Of a DNA stretch of 64,000 bases, positions 19,501 through 28,625 are shown one piece after another (positions within the stretch are counted from its first letter, which is position 1; each line of letters starts with the position of its first letter). The notes under the pieces were generated by a model, which saw only the letters and a list, made by a program, of their open reading frames with translations, was not told where the DNA came from and made no database searches. Source of the stretch: Deltaproteobacteria bacterium (GTDB lineage Bacteria > Myxococcota > Kuafuiibacteriia > Kuafuiibacteriales > Kuafuiibacteriaceae); the NCBI GenBank assembly GCA_040218735.1, contig JAVJQW010000050.1, positions 320,001-384,000 on the forward strand. The letters are read 5' to 3'. The position numbers were made by a program, and so were the translations under genes.

Positions 19501-20988
19501 TCATCGACACGTCGCGTTCGGCAACGGATCTCCCGGGGTCGGTACACACCACGCGAAGCGCCCGTCGGCGTCCCGCGCAATCGCTTCGTGCCAGACGTCC
19601 GGCGGCGACCCGCCCTCGTGGTCGCCCGATTCTCCCGCGCCGATCGTGACGCGATCGAGGAGCGTCGAGCCGCTCCACAGCTCCACCGTCAGATCGCGCT
19701 GCGACATGTCCCCGCGCGGACGCACGACGAGCGCCTCCCCCGGCCACCACGCACGGAGGTTGCCGCCGTCGCCGAAGTAGAGCGCCGGAGCGCCGTCGAC
19801 CTTCGTGATCGCGGGCGTGCGATCGATCGTCCTGAGCTCCAACCCTGCCGAGAGCAACGACACCGGTTCGGCGGAGTCGTTCACGATCTCGATCCACTCG
19901 TCCGTGCTCGTGATCGCGCCGTTCCCGGGGCGGGCGTCGAAGGGCACCGCGCCCCCCGCGCTGTCGCTCCAGTCGTGCAGCGCCGTCGAGACGACCTCCG
20001 TGATGTGCGCGCGCGTCGCCGCCGGGAACCCGACCTCGAACCGAATCGGAGGCGCGAGGTTCCCGGCGAGATCCGACACCACCACATGCACGGCGAGCTG
20101 CGCTCCACCGGCGATGTGCCCCTGCGATGTCAACCTGACTTGCCGACCCGCGACCGGGTGCGAAGCGAGCGGCGTCGACGTCCCGGCTGCGTCCACCGCG
20201 GTGCCGCTGACGACGACCGGTTCATCGGCATCCACGTCCACCAAGAGCGAGTCCCCGTCGATCGCCACGCGCGTCGAAGTGACGACGGGCGGGATCGAAT
20301 CCACGACCGTGGAGGTCTGCACGACCGACGTCGCCGGGTCACCGGGCGCCACGGCATCGTGGGTCAACGCGAGCCGATACGTCGTCGAGGGCGTCAACGC
20401 ACCTTGCACGTCGAACACCACGGCGCCCTCATGTTCACGCGACGCCACCAACGCGACCCGCTCTAGGGCGGGTCCTTCGAGGAACGCCGCGCCGATCGGG
20501 GACGGCAGCGGCGGCGACGAAGCCACCGCGACGTGGCGCAGGTTCACGGGCGCGGGCTCCGTCGGCGTCGGCTCGCGCACCACGGCGCGCGGATTGGGGA
20601 GCGTCCCCTCCGACGTGGTGAAACGGAACGGCTCCGTCGGCGGCGCGACGGTGCGTCCATCGTCGGTCACGAAGTCCGTCCCGAGCGAGACGAACAACGC
20701 CTCGCCGGCTGGCCAAGTCGTGTCCGGAGCGACCACGAGCTCGTCACCCGAGTCTGCCGGCGTCGCGACGAACCGAACCGGGCGTCCGTCGGCGCGAACG
20801 ATGGACAGCGTCCCCATGTTCACCGCCTCCGAGAAGCCGAGGCGAACCGACGCCTCCGGCGGGACGTCGGTGTCCGGCGCGACGCCGAGCGCAAACGGGA
20901 CGAACTCGGGGTCGGTGAGGGGCTGAGGGGCTTCGAGGCAACCGGCGACGACGAGCGCCGCCGAACAAATGAGGTTTCGATCGATCAT
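19501..20988 (-). CDS. Lipoprotein with Ig-like domains and a C-terminal lamin-tail-like domain
   Basis: VVAGC lipobox; LGFSEAV and DADEPV Ig-like motifs; ITEVV...DEWIEIVN...PTPG LTD signature. ATG 20988 overlaps the upstream stop. Confidence 0.8.
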   Translation of the reverse strand: MIDRNLICSAALVVAGCLEAPQPLTDPEFVPFALGVAPDTDVPPEASVRLGFSEAVNMGTLSIVRADGRPVRFVATPADSGDELVVAPDTTWPAGEALFVSLGTDFVTDDGRTVAPPTEPFRFTTSEGTLPNPRAVVREPTPTEPAPVNLRHVAVASSPPLPSPIGAAFLEGPALERVALVASREHEGAVVFDVQGALTPSTTYRLALTHDAVAPGDPATSVVQTSTVVDSIPPVVTSTRVAIDGDSLLVDVDADEPVVVSGTAVDAAGTSTPLASHPVAGRQVRLTSQGHIAGGAQLAVHVVVSDLAGNLAPPIRFEVGFPAATRAHITEVVSTALHDWSDSAGGAVPFDARPGNGAITSTDEWIEIVNDSAEPVSLLSAGLELRTIDRTPAITKVDGAPALYFGDGGNLRAWWPGEALVVRPRGDMSQRDLTVELWSGSTLLDRVTIGAGESGDHEGGSPPDVWHEAIARDADGRFAWCVPTPGDPLPNATCR

Positions 20989-21560
20989 GGCATGGGTTCC
21001 TTTCGATAGGAGTCGAGGCGACCACCCGTGAGGGCTCGGATGAGTCCGTCGAGCCGGGCCGCGTCGAGGCGAAGCTCGTGCGAGGGCTCGAGGCGGTACG
21101 CGATCCACACGTCCAGCCGCCGAAAATAGAGCTCGGTGATTCGCTCGCGCACGAGGCGTATCGCCGCCGAACGCGCGATACGTTCGCGGTTGGCGCGCAG
21201 CTCGAGGTCGGCGAACACGAGGTCGCCGAGCCCGAACTTCACCACCACGTCGAGGCCGAGGCCTCGACCGGTGTTCGTCCAGCTGCTCGCGGAGCCCGCG
21301 AGCGCGTCACGAACGGAGAGGTCCGTGTCCGTGCCGAAGCGTATGTCGACCTTCGGTACGGCGCCGCGCCAGCGCAGGCGCGACGTCCATTCTTCGATCT
21401 CGGCGTCATCGCCGAGTACCAGCGTGTCCTCCGCCGCAGACTGAACGGCGGCGAGTGAGGGGAGCGCGGTATTGCCTGCGACCGCGTCCTCGATCCAGGA
21501 CTCGACGGTCGTCGACGTCACCGTCGACGCCATCAACACCAGCGCGATCACGACGCACAC
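20985..21560 (-). CDS. Exported hypothetical protein resembling a single TolC/OEP repeat
   Basis: Signal-like N-terminus; AVPKVDIRFG...LDVVVKFGLGDLVF...ITELYFRR...LIRALTGG. Confidence 0.7.
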   Translation of the reverse strand: MCVVIALVLMASTVTSTTVESWIEDAVAGNTALPSLAAVQSAAEDTLVLGDDAEIEEWTSRLRWRGAVPKVDIRFGTDTDLSVRDALAGSASSWTNTGRGLGLDVVVKFGLGDLVFADLELRANRERIARSAAIRLVRERITELYFRRLDVWIAYRLEPSHELRLDAARLDGLIRALTGGRLDSYRKEPMP

Positions 21561-21940
21561 CCCAGCGCGAAGAGCCGTGCGTCGAGCTCATGACCGCGCG
21601 CGACGTTCACGAGCTGTGCGCAACGTCGACGCCGCAGGCGTTCGAGGCGGGGCGGCCCCACGGCGCGAGGCGACGGCACCAGCAGGGCATCGAACGCGAC
21701 GACGACACCGAGCGCGATCTGCCAGCGCACGCGTCGGACGGGCGGAGATTGACTCCAGACGACGGCGCCGAGCGCCGTCAACGCGATGGCGTCGGAGCGC
21801 CTCGGGAAGCGGACGATTCGATCCGCGAGGGGGAGATCGAAGGCGTCGACGAGGTCGGCCTCGGGGGCCTGACGATCGAAGTACGCTTCGACGTCGGGGG
21901 CCTGCGCGGTGAGCGCGGCGACGAACGCGAACGGCAACAT
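21548..21940 (-). CDS. Exported hypothetical protein (130 aa)
   Basis: Signal-like MLPFAFVAALTAQA; 13-nt overlap with the next gene in the same direction. Confidence 0.55.
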   Translation of the reverse strand: MLPFAFVAALTAQAPDVEAYFDRQAPEADLVDAFDLPLADRIVRFPRRSDAIALTALGAVVWSQSPPVRRVRWQIALGVVVAFDALLVPSPRAVGPPRLERLRRRRCAQLVNVARGHELDARLFALGCAS

Positions 21941-21994
21941 CGCGCCGGCCCCATCGCAAGCGCAGGGCCAACTTCGACACGCGCCGCGCGCGAC

Positions 21995-22029
21995 GAAAAA
22001 GTTCGATTATCGGACGACGTCCGAAATCG
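21995..22029 (-). terminator. Possible intrinsic terminator (or operator palindrome)
   Basis: Inverted repeat TCGGACG-A-CGTCCGA (22010..22024), extendable to 22004..22029. It is followed on the minus strand by AACTTTTT, ~40 nt after the stop at 22067. Confidence 0.4.
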
Positions 22030-22066
22030 GTCCGAATACCTCAGGCTTTCGAACGAACCAGACGCC

Positions 22067-22669
22067 TCACATCCCGGCGTCGCGGGTACCTGGGCACGGC
22101 CCCGCCATTGCAAAGGGCTGTTGGATGCAGAAGGTCGCGCCCGTGAACGTGTTGCCGTTGCAGTCGCAGAACGTCCCGACGCCCGCGTCGCCGCTGCACG
22201 TCGACGGGTCGCGGCACGTCCCGAAGTCGCCGCAGCTGTTCGCTTCGAACTCGCAGATGAAGGTCGCCGGACAGTCGGCGTTGGTCATGCAGCGATGAAT
22301 GGCGCCGTCTCTGGGGCCGCTGTCACGATGGCCTGCGTCGCGTGGACCGCCATCGCGGTCGGCGCCGACCACCCCCTCGCAGGGCGTCGCGTCGGTCTGC
22401 ACGCGGGTGTAGGGATCCGTGGAGCACGTCTCGTCACCGAAGACCCGGTTTCCGTCGCACCCGCAAAAGACCATCGCGGTCGTGTCGTCATCGCAGGCGC
22501 TCGTCGAGCAGACGCCGTCCACGCGGCACCCGTCGTACGGGAACACACACTGCTCGTTGCTCGGGCAGTCGGAGTCGCGGCGGCAGGCGTCGCCGCTGCC
22601 CTCGAGGTCGTAGGTGTTGGTGGAGCAGGAAGCGATGACGACGGCGAATCCAAGTCGTATGCGGGTCAT
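22067..22669 (-). CDS. Cys-rich lipoprotein with two Kazal-like modules
   Basis: IASC lipobox; duplicated C..(D/N).DCP...C.F...FC(G/D)C(D/N)GN module joined by an RDGG/RDAG linker. Confidence 0.8.
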   Translation of the reverse strand: MTRIRLGFAVVIASCSTNTYDLEGSGDACRRDSDCPSNEQCVFPYDGCRVDGVCSTSACDDDTTAMVFCGCDGNRVFGDETCSTDPYTRVQTDATPCEGVVGADRDGGPRDAGHRDSGPRDGAIHRCMTNADCPATFICEFEANSCGDFGTCRDPSTCSGDAGVGTFCDCNGNTFTGATFCIQQPFAMAGPCPGTRDAGM

Positions 22670-22702
22670 GAATGCTCTACCCGCGAGCGCGTCGTTTCGG
22701 CG

Positions 22703-25360
22703 TCACCGACGACGGCGCCAGACGAACAGTGGCAAGAGAGCGAGCGCCCACCAAGCCCCTGCACGGCCGTTCACGCAGCGGCACCCGGTGGCCTCCTCGA
22801 TTCGCGCCGGCGCCGTCACCATCCCCGCTTCGCGCAGCACGAGCTCGGTCACGTGGCCGGCTTCGTCCGCGGCGCGCACGACGATGGCCGCCGTGTCGTT
22901 GACCTCGGGGGCGGGCACGAAGCCGGTGGTGTCCGGGGTGACCTCGGCGAACGCACCGTCCACGCCCAGCGTCACGACGAGCGCGTCTTCGCTGACGACG
23001 TCCCACGCGCGAATGACGACGCCGCCCCGCACGTAGTCCATCTTTGCGTTCAGGCGCGGCGGCTCCGCGTCGATCGTAAACGTGAGCCGCACCGGGCTCG
23101 GGTCGAGCGTGCGGTAGGCGCCGACCTCGCGCGCGCGGACGTCGACCCAGTGGTGGCCCTGCGCGAGGAACTCCGGACGGATGAGCTTCAGACGATCGGT
23201 CGTGAAGAACGGCGTCCAGAACCCACCGTCGACGCGGAGCTGGTACTCGAGCTCGCCGTCGCCGGGCGCCGTTCCGCCGAGGGCGATCTCGGCCTCCGGC
23301 CACACCGGCCCGCCGGGGTTCGACACCGAGAACTCCTGCGCGCTCGGGACGAACAAGGACGTCAGCTCGGCCGTCGTCTCGGCGGCGGCGCTGAGGTTGC
23401 CCACGAAGGACGGGTCGAACGCGAGGTCGGCGTACACCGCGACGTTGGCGTAGCGGCCGTTCGCCTCCACACCGCGGACGCCGAGGATCGACAGGTCGAA
23501 CCCGCCGAGGTCGGCCGGGCCCGGCAACGCAAACGGCGGCAAGGCACCGGTGAAGCCGGGGAGCGCGAGGTTGATGAGCCCGGGGATGGCGTCCTCGAGG
23601 TCCGCCGGGTCCTCGGCGAGCAGGTCGCTGTTCGTGACGCGCACGTTCGTGACCGCGTTCGAGACGTCCCCGACGACGAACTGCAGCTCGTTGTTCGCGG
23701 TGACGAACGCGCCCAGGCCGATCTCGACGTCGGCGGTGACGGTCATGAGGTGGACCCAGCGCTCCTCGATCAACGCCGAGAAGCCGATCTCGAAGTCGTC
23801 GAGGTCCAGCACCAGCAGCGGATCGGTGAGCGTCGGCTCCGTCATCCCCGGCATGACCTCACCCGAACCGATGAGGATCCGCGGCTCGGCGCGCGGGAAG
23901 ATCGACAAGCGCGCCGGGAAGATCGACTTCTCGAAGCGGTCGTCGTGGGTGAGCTGGCGCAGCGAGGAGATCAGCAGCCCCAGCGACCCGGTGTTGAGGA
24001 GGTCGATGTCGTAGGACGACACCGACGTGCACATCAGCCCGGTCGTGTAGACCGTCCACATGAACTGATCCAGGAGCGCCTGCGAGAAGCCGGCCGCGAC
24101 CATGTAGCCCGTCTCGTCGGTGCCGTCCCAGTCGAGGTCGGCCATCGAGGACGTGGGCAGCGGCGCCGGCGCGACGAAGCCAGGGCGGAGGCGGGGGCTG
24201 TCGAGGATCATCGCGCACGCGGGATCCGCGTCCACGACCTCGGCACCACCGAGCGCACCGATGTTGGCGCCCGCGGTGTCGGTCGTGGAGTCACCGCCGA
24301 CCATGAAGGACATGTCGCCGCGCCCGGGGCGCCCCGAGACGAAGCCGGAGAGGAGCTGTGCGAAGTCGAGGCGGCCCTCGATGCCGAGCGTCTGCGGGAC
24401 GATGTCGGCGGTGGCGTCCTCCTCGCAGAGATCGTCCGCGTTGCAGCTGGTCTGCGCCGGGCAGTCCGCGTTGGTCAGACAGGGGCGACCGAGCGCGGCG
24501 TCGACCTCGTCGCCGATGATCGTCGCGAGCTCGTCGGTGAGCTGGCTGACGATGAGCTGCTTGATGAAGCCGAGGTCCGCGATGGCGCACAGGAGCGGGC
24601 CGTCGGTGAAGCGTGGATCGGGGTCGGCGTCGACCTCGACGTAGCTGTTGGGGATCATCGCGGCGACGTCGAGGATCTCGACCTTCAGCTGACCGCCCGT
24701 CCCTACCGGCGGGGTGTAACGATCGAGCGCGGCGGTGATCTGGATGTCCTGCGTCCCCGGGACGCTCGACAGCGACATGACACAATCCATCCCGCCGAGG
24801 GAGTCGTAGCGGAACGGGATGTCGTTGGTTTCGATCTGGACGGTGACGTTGGCGAGGAATTGGTTCGGGCCCATCGGCTGGACCGTGAGCGCCTCGAAGC
24901 GAATCCACGCGAAGCAGCGGCGCGCGCCCGGCTGCGTCGGGTCATCACGGCAGATTGTCGCGTTGCCGCTCACCTGCCGGTCGATCTCGAAGCCCAGCAG
25001 AGGCCCCGCATCGCCCGACACCTGCTCGACGCAGCGCCCCACCTGACACGAAGCGGGATTCGGGGCCCCCGTGGACGTCACGAAGTTGGTGGGGCACGGG
25101 ACGTCGGCGGGCGCGCCGCACGACATCGACGCGTACGCGGACATCAGGTCCTGGAACTCCCGTCCGATCTGGTCGAAGCCGGACTGGGTCATGCGCACCT
25201 GCGCCGCCCGCTCGATCTGCGCCTCGGGCGGGAATCCTCCGGGGACCGGAGCGAGCGCACCGCCGAAGCAGCCGCCGCAGTTCAGCTGACCGGAGCACGC
25301 CCCGGCCATGAGGAGGAGCACCGTGGGAAGTGAGCGCACGGAGGGCGCAGAAAGACGCAT
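22703..25360 (-). CDS. MYXO-CTERM surface protein, possible BPI/LBP (TULIP)-like fold
   Basis: N-terminal MAGAC lipobox-like signal; C-terminal GCRC...WWALALLPLFVWRRRR; LEYQLRVDGGFWTPF Ig-like domain before the tail. Confidence 0.85.
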   Translation of the reverse strand: MRLSAPSVRSLPTVLLLMAGACSGQLNCGGCFGGALAPVPGGFPPEAQIERAAQVRMTQSGFDQIGREFQDLMSAYASMSCGAPADVPCPTNFVTSTGAPNPASCQVGRCVEQVSGDAGPLLGFEIDRQVSGNATICRDDPTQPGARRCFAWIRFEALTVQPMGPNQFLANVTVQIETNDIPFRYDSLGGMDCVMSLSSVPGTQDIQITAALDRYTPPVGTGGQLKVEILDVAAMIPNSYVEVDADPDPRFTDGPLLCAIADLGFIKQLIVSQLTDELATIIGDEVDAALGRPCLTNADCPAQTSCNADDLCEEDATADIVPQTLGIEGRLDFAQLLSGFVSGRPGRGDMSFMVGGDSTTDTAGANIGALGGAEVVDADPACAMILDSPRLRPGFVAPAPLPTSSMADLDWDGTDETGYMVAAGFSQALLDQFMWTVYTTGLMCTSVSSYDIDLLNTGSLGLLISSLRQLTHDDRFEKSIFPARLSIFPRAEPRILIGSGEVMPGMTEPTLTDPLLVLDLDDFEIGFSALIEERWVHLMTVTADVEIGLGAFVTANNELQFVVGDVSNAVTNVRVTNSDLLAEDPADLEDAIPGLINLALPGFTGALPPFALPGPADLGGFDLSILGVRGVEANGRYANVAVYADLAFDPSFVGNLSAAAETTAELTSLFVPSAQEFSVSNPGGPVWPEAEIALGGTAPGDGELEYQLRVDGGFWTPFFTTDRLKLIRPEFLAQGHHWVDVRAREVGAYRTLDPSPVRLTFTIDAEPPRLNAKMDYVRGGVVIRAWDVVSEDALVVTLGVDGAFAEVTPDTTGFVPAPEVNDTAAIVVRAADEAGHVTELVLREAGMVTAPARIEEATGCRCVNGRAGAWWALALLPLFVWRRRR

Positions 25361-25394
25361 CGGACCGAATCTTCGGGATGTCCCGGGCCCGAGG

Positions 25395-26258
25395 TCAATT
25401 GGTCTTCGGACGGACGCCGAGCTGGACGAGCCCCTCGTTGAGGCGGCCGGTGCGAAAGCCTTCGAGATCCAGCGTCACGAAGCCAAATCCCGCCGCTTGG
25501 GCGTCCGCGACGATCCGCGCGCGATGTCGGACGACCCCCTCGATCTCCGCCTCGCCGACCTCGATCCGCACCATATCGTCGTTGTCGCGGACCAGGCGGG
25601 CGCGGACGTCGAAGAAGCCCAGCTCCCGCAGGCACACCTCGACCCGCTCCACCCGGCCCAGACGCTCCTCGGTCACCGCCACGCCGTACGGGAGGCGGCT
25701 CGAGAGGCACGCGAGCTGCGGCTTGTCCCAAGTCGGCAGGCCGAGCCGCTTCGACAGCGCGCGGATCTCCGCCTTCGACAGGCCCACTTCGGCGAGCGGG
25801 TGCCGGACGTCGTGCTCCGCGGCCGCCCGGTGCCCCGGGCGAAAGTCCGCGAGGTCGTCCGTGTTGAAGCCGTCGACGACGACGGCGCCCTCGAACGTCT
25901 CGGCCGCGAGCTGGGTCGTGTCGAACAGCTCCGTCTTGCAGTAGTAGCAGCGCGACGTCTCGTTCTTCACGTAGTCCGGACGGTCGAGCTCGTGCGTCGT
26001 GACCACGCGGTGCTCGATCCCGATCGCGACGGCGAGCGCCTTCGCGTCCTCCAGCTCGACCTGCATCAACGACGGCGAGCGCGCCGTCAGCGCTATCGCC
26101 CGCTCACCCAGCGCATCGCAGGCGACCCGTGCGAGGAACGCGGAGTCCACACCGCCCGAGTAGGCGACGACCACGCGACCGTACGAGCGGAGCAGCTCGA
26201 CGAGCGCGCGGTGTTTGGCCTCGACCGCGTCCGAAAGCGTGGCGACGTCCACCGACAT
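25395..26258 (-). CDS. larE: ATP-dependent sulfur transferase LarE family
   Basis: VAYSGGVDS PP-loop; RCYYCK, DFRPG, KAEIR and WDKPQLACLSSRLPYG motifs. Confidence 0.93.
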   Translation of the reverse strand: MSVDVATLSDAVEAKHRALVELLRSYGRVVVAYSGGVDSAFLARVACDALGERAIALTARSPSLMQVELEDAKALAVAIGIEHRVVTTHELDRPDYVKNETSRCYYCKTELFDTTQLAAETFEGAVVVDGFNTDDLADFRPGHRAAAEHDVRHPLAEVGLSKAEIRALSKRLGLPTWDKPQLACLSSRLPYGVAVTEERLGRVERVEVCLRELGFFDVRARLVRDNDDMVRIEVGEAEIEGVVRHRARIVADAQAAGFGFVTLDLEGFRTGRLNEGLVQLGVRPKTN

Positions 26259-26270
26259 CGTGCGTTTCGT

Positions 26271-27326
26271 CTACACGATGCGGTGCGCGCTGGCACCCGC
26301 GGATTCACGCACGATCGGCCGCAGCATCGGCCCCGCGATCGCGCGAATCGCACGCGCGGCGTGTTGGTAGGTCGCGTCGAGCCCCGAGGCGGCCGTCGCG
26401 TCGGCGAGCGCTCCGGCCACCGCCTTCAGGTCCCGCGGGCGGTCCTGAGGCCGCGTCGCGAACAGCGGCGTGAGCACCTCCCCGAGGCGCCCGAGGTTCG
26501 AGTGCGGCGCGAGGAGACGGCGCGCGAGGACGCCGACCGCGTACGCGTCCGCGGCCAGCGAGGGCAACAACCCGTAGCGACGCTCGGGCGCGAGGAACGG
26601 ATCGAGCAGCGGTTCCGAGAGGTCGACGTCGGGCCCCGGCGACCACAACCGAACCGAGCCATCGAGCCCGAGGTGCAGCCGGCGGGGCTCGATGGCCCCG
26701 TGGGGACCGCGGCGGGCGTGGTGCTGCGCCACCCCCTCCGCGAGGTGACAGGCCAGGACCGCGGACACCTCCGCCGGCACCGTGAGGAGCCCGGCTTCGA
26801 GCGCGTCGAAGAGCGCGGTGGCGGGGATCTGAGGCCCTTCGGATTCCACGACCGCGATACGGCCATCGAAGAGCTCCAGCCCGTCATCGACGCTCCGCGG
26901 CTCGCGCCGGACGGTGATCCAACGCTCGTCCGCGAGGCGGAACGCCCGCACCGTCCTATCGGGCGTCGCGTGCTCGTGAGCGACGCGTGCGCCGTCGACC
27001 TGCGCACCGACCAGGCTCGGCCAATCGGGGTCCGCCAGGCTGAACGACAAACGAAGATCGTTGAGGCGCAACACCTCGTCCGGCGCCACGGTGATCGGCG
27101 CGCGGACGCGTTCGTCTTCTCGCGCGAGCCCGGCGCGCCCACGCCCGAGGTCCGTCACGAGGATGCGCCCGCGGCGCACCAGGACATGCACGTGGCGCTC
27201 GGCGAGTCGGTCGTCGTCGATGGTGAGGTCGGCGCGCGGTCCCCGCCCGAGGAAGAGGTCCGGCCCCGGGCGCTCGTGAACCTCCACGCGCCCGCGGCGC
27301 GCCACGACGAACCGCACCGAGGCCAT
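26271..27326 (-). CDS. FHA domain plus degenerate kinase-like domain (pseudokinase)
   Basis: FHA-like LGRG...DDRLAERH...VTDLG; kinase-like HGAIEPRRLHL...FLAPE...ADAYAVG without HRD/DFG. Start ATG 27326 inferred. Confidence 0.8.
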   Translation of the reverse strand: MASVRFVVARRGRVEVHERPGPDLFLGRGPRADLTIDDDRLAERHVHVLVRRGRILVTDLGRGRAGLAREDERVRAPITVAPDEVLRLNDLRLSFSLADPDWPSLVGAQVDGARVAHEHATPDRTVRAFRLADERWITVRREPRSVDDGLELFDGRIAVVESEGPQIPATALFDALEAGLLTVPAEVSAVLACHLAEGVAQHHARRGPHGAIEPRRLHLGLDGSVRLWSPGPDVDLSEPLLDPFLAPERRYGLLPSLAADAYAVGVLARRLLAPHSNLGRLGEVLTPLFATRPQDRPRDLKAVAGALADATAASGLDATYQHAARAIRAIAGPMLRPIVRESAGASAHRIV

Positions 27327-27398
27327 GCCCGGACGATGGTACTCGCGACGCATGGTGTGCGGCCAGGCCTGCAAGCGCAGCGCCGGTCAGGCCGCCTC

Positions 27399-28625
27399 TC
27401 AGGGCCAGGGCTCGACTTCGAGGCTGTCCGCGACGAGCCGGCGGAGCGTGCCGTCCTCCGTCAACACGTGCGTCGCACCCTGGTTCTGCGCCATCGCAGC
27501 GAAGAGCCACGGAGAACGCTCCGTCGCCACGAGGGGAGCCTGATCGACCCCCGCGATGGGCTCCGGAGCCAGCACGAGATCGAAGGAAGAGAGGTCATGC
27601 CCCTCGGCGTCGGCCGCCTTGGCGACCGCCAGCACCCGCTTCGCCCCCGCGCGCAGGACACGCGCACGGGACTCCGCAGCGAGCTCTTCGCCGCCGACCA
27701 CGAAGACCGGGCCGCCGATGATGCGGCGTTGGTTCTGCGCGTACAGGTCACCGACCGCCATGTAGGCGAGCGCCTGGCCGTCCGCGACGAGGCGGACGAT
27801 CGCGCCGGGCTCGAGCCCACCGTCGACGAGCTGGCGCTCGTGGACGTCGAGCACGATCGGCACGCGCCACGGCGTCCCCGCGGGGAGTCGACCCAGGTCC
27901 TGTACGGAGCGAACCTCGGCGCGGCGCATGAAACCCGCGAGGGGCGAGTACAGGCCGCCTGCGAAGCACCGCAGGTCCTCGCGGACCTGGCGCTCCTCGA
28001 TCTCGATCGTGCGCGACTCCGCGAGGGCGTCGAGGCGCTCGGCTTCGGGGGCGTCGATCCGGCGGGGCGCCAACGCACCGGACACCGGGCGCAGCGGGCG
28101 CGCCGCCTCCTTGCCTTCCATCGTTCGGAGCGAGAGGTCGGGCAGCTGCGTCTTCGCCTCCCCGAGGCGACGCTCCACGAAGCGCTTCGCCTCCGCGTCG
28201 TACTGGTACGCCGCGAGGTCCGCGTAGACGCCCTCGCGGACGGACACGACCACGTACACGACGCCCGGCGTGAGCTCGATGCCCTCCTGCACGGCCATCG
28301 CGCGATCCTCCGGCGAGAAGTACGCGCCGGCGTCGCAGTGGGAGTGATAGATGATGCGCTCGTCGAGGCCGGCCTCGCTCGCCTCGTCGAGGACACGCAT
28401 CCGCTCCAGGTCGTTCATGCGGAACGCGTCGCGCCCCGTGCGCGGGAACGCCTCCGGATCCCGTGCGTGATACTTGTCCTGCACGTTCTCCATCGGGACG
28501 ACGCGCGTCAGCTTCGGCCCGTTGCCGAGCACGACGCCGCACGCCTCGACGGGATAGTCGCGGACCGCGTGCGCCTTCAGCGCCTCGACGATCGGATCCG
28601 TGAGCTCGAGCCCGAAGACCTTCAC
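27399..28625 (-). CDS. Mov34/JAB (Mec-like) metalloprotease fused to a degenerate ATP-sulfurylase-like domain
   Basis: N-terminal YPVEACG...YHSH...FSPED (JAMM). C-terminal DL..FAGGLYSPLAGFM...RLPAGTPWRVPIVLDV...GGPV...AMAQNQGATHV. GTGA overlap with cysM. Confidence 0.88.
   Translation of the reverse strand: MKVFGLELTDPIVEALKAHAVRDYPVEACGVVLGNGPKLTRVVPMENVQDKYHARDPEAFPRTGRDAFRMNDLERMRVLDEASEAGLDERIIYHSHCDAGAYFSPEDRAMAVQEGIELTPGVVYVVVSVREGVYADLAAYQYDAEAKRFVERRLGEAKTQLPDLSLRTMEGKEAARPLRPVSGALAPRRIDAPEAERLDALAESRTIEIEERQVREDLRCFAGGLYSPLAGFMRRAEVRSVQDLGRLPAGTPWRVPIVLDVHERQLVDGGLEPGAIVRLVADGQALAYMAVGDLYAQNQRRIIGGPVFVVGGEELAAESRARVLRAGAKRVLAVAKAADAEGHDLSSFDLVLAPEPIAGVDQAPLVATERSPWLFAAMAQNQGATHVLTEDGTLRRLVADSLEVEPWP

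Noticed and set aside
22007-22014. CCGATAA on the minus strand as a third sigma28-like site
   Set aside because: Lacks the GCAAC element at the matching spacing and lies within a hairpin better explained as a terminator or operator.
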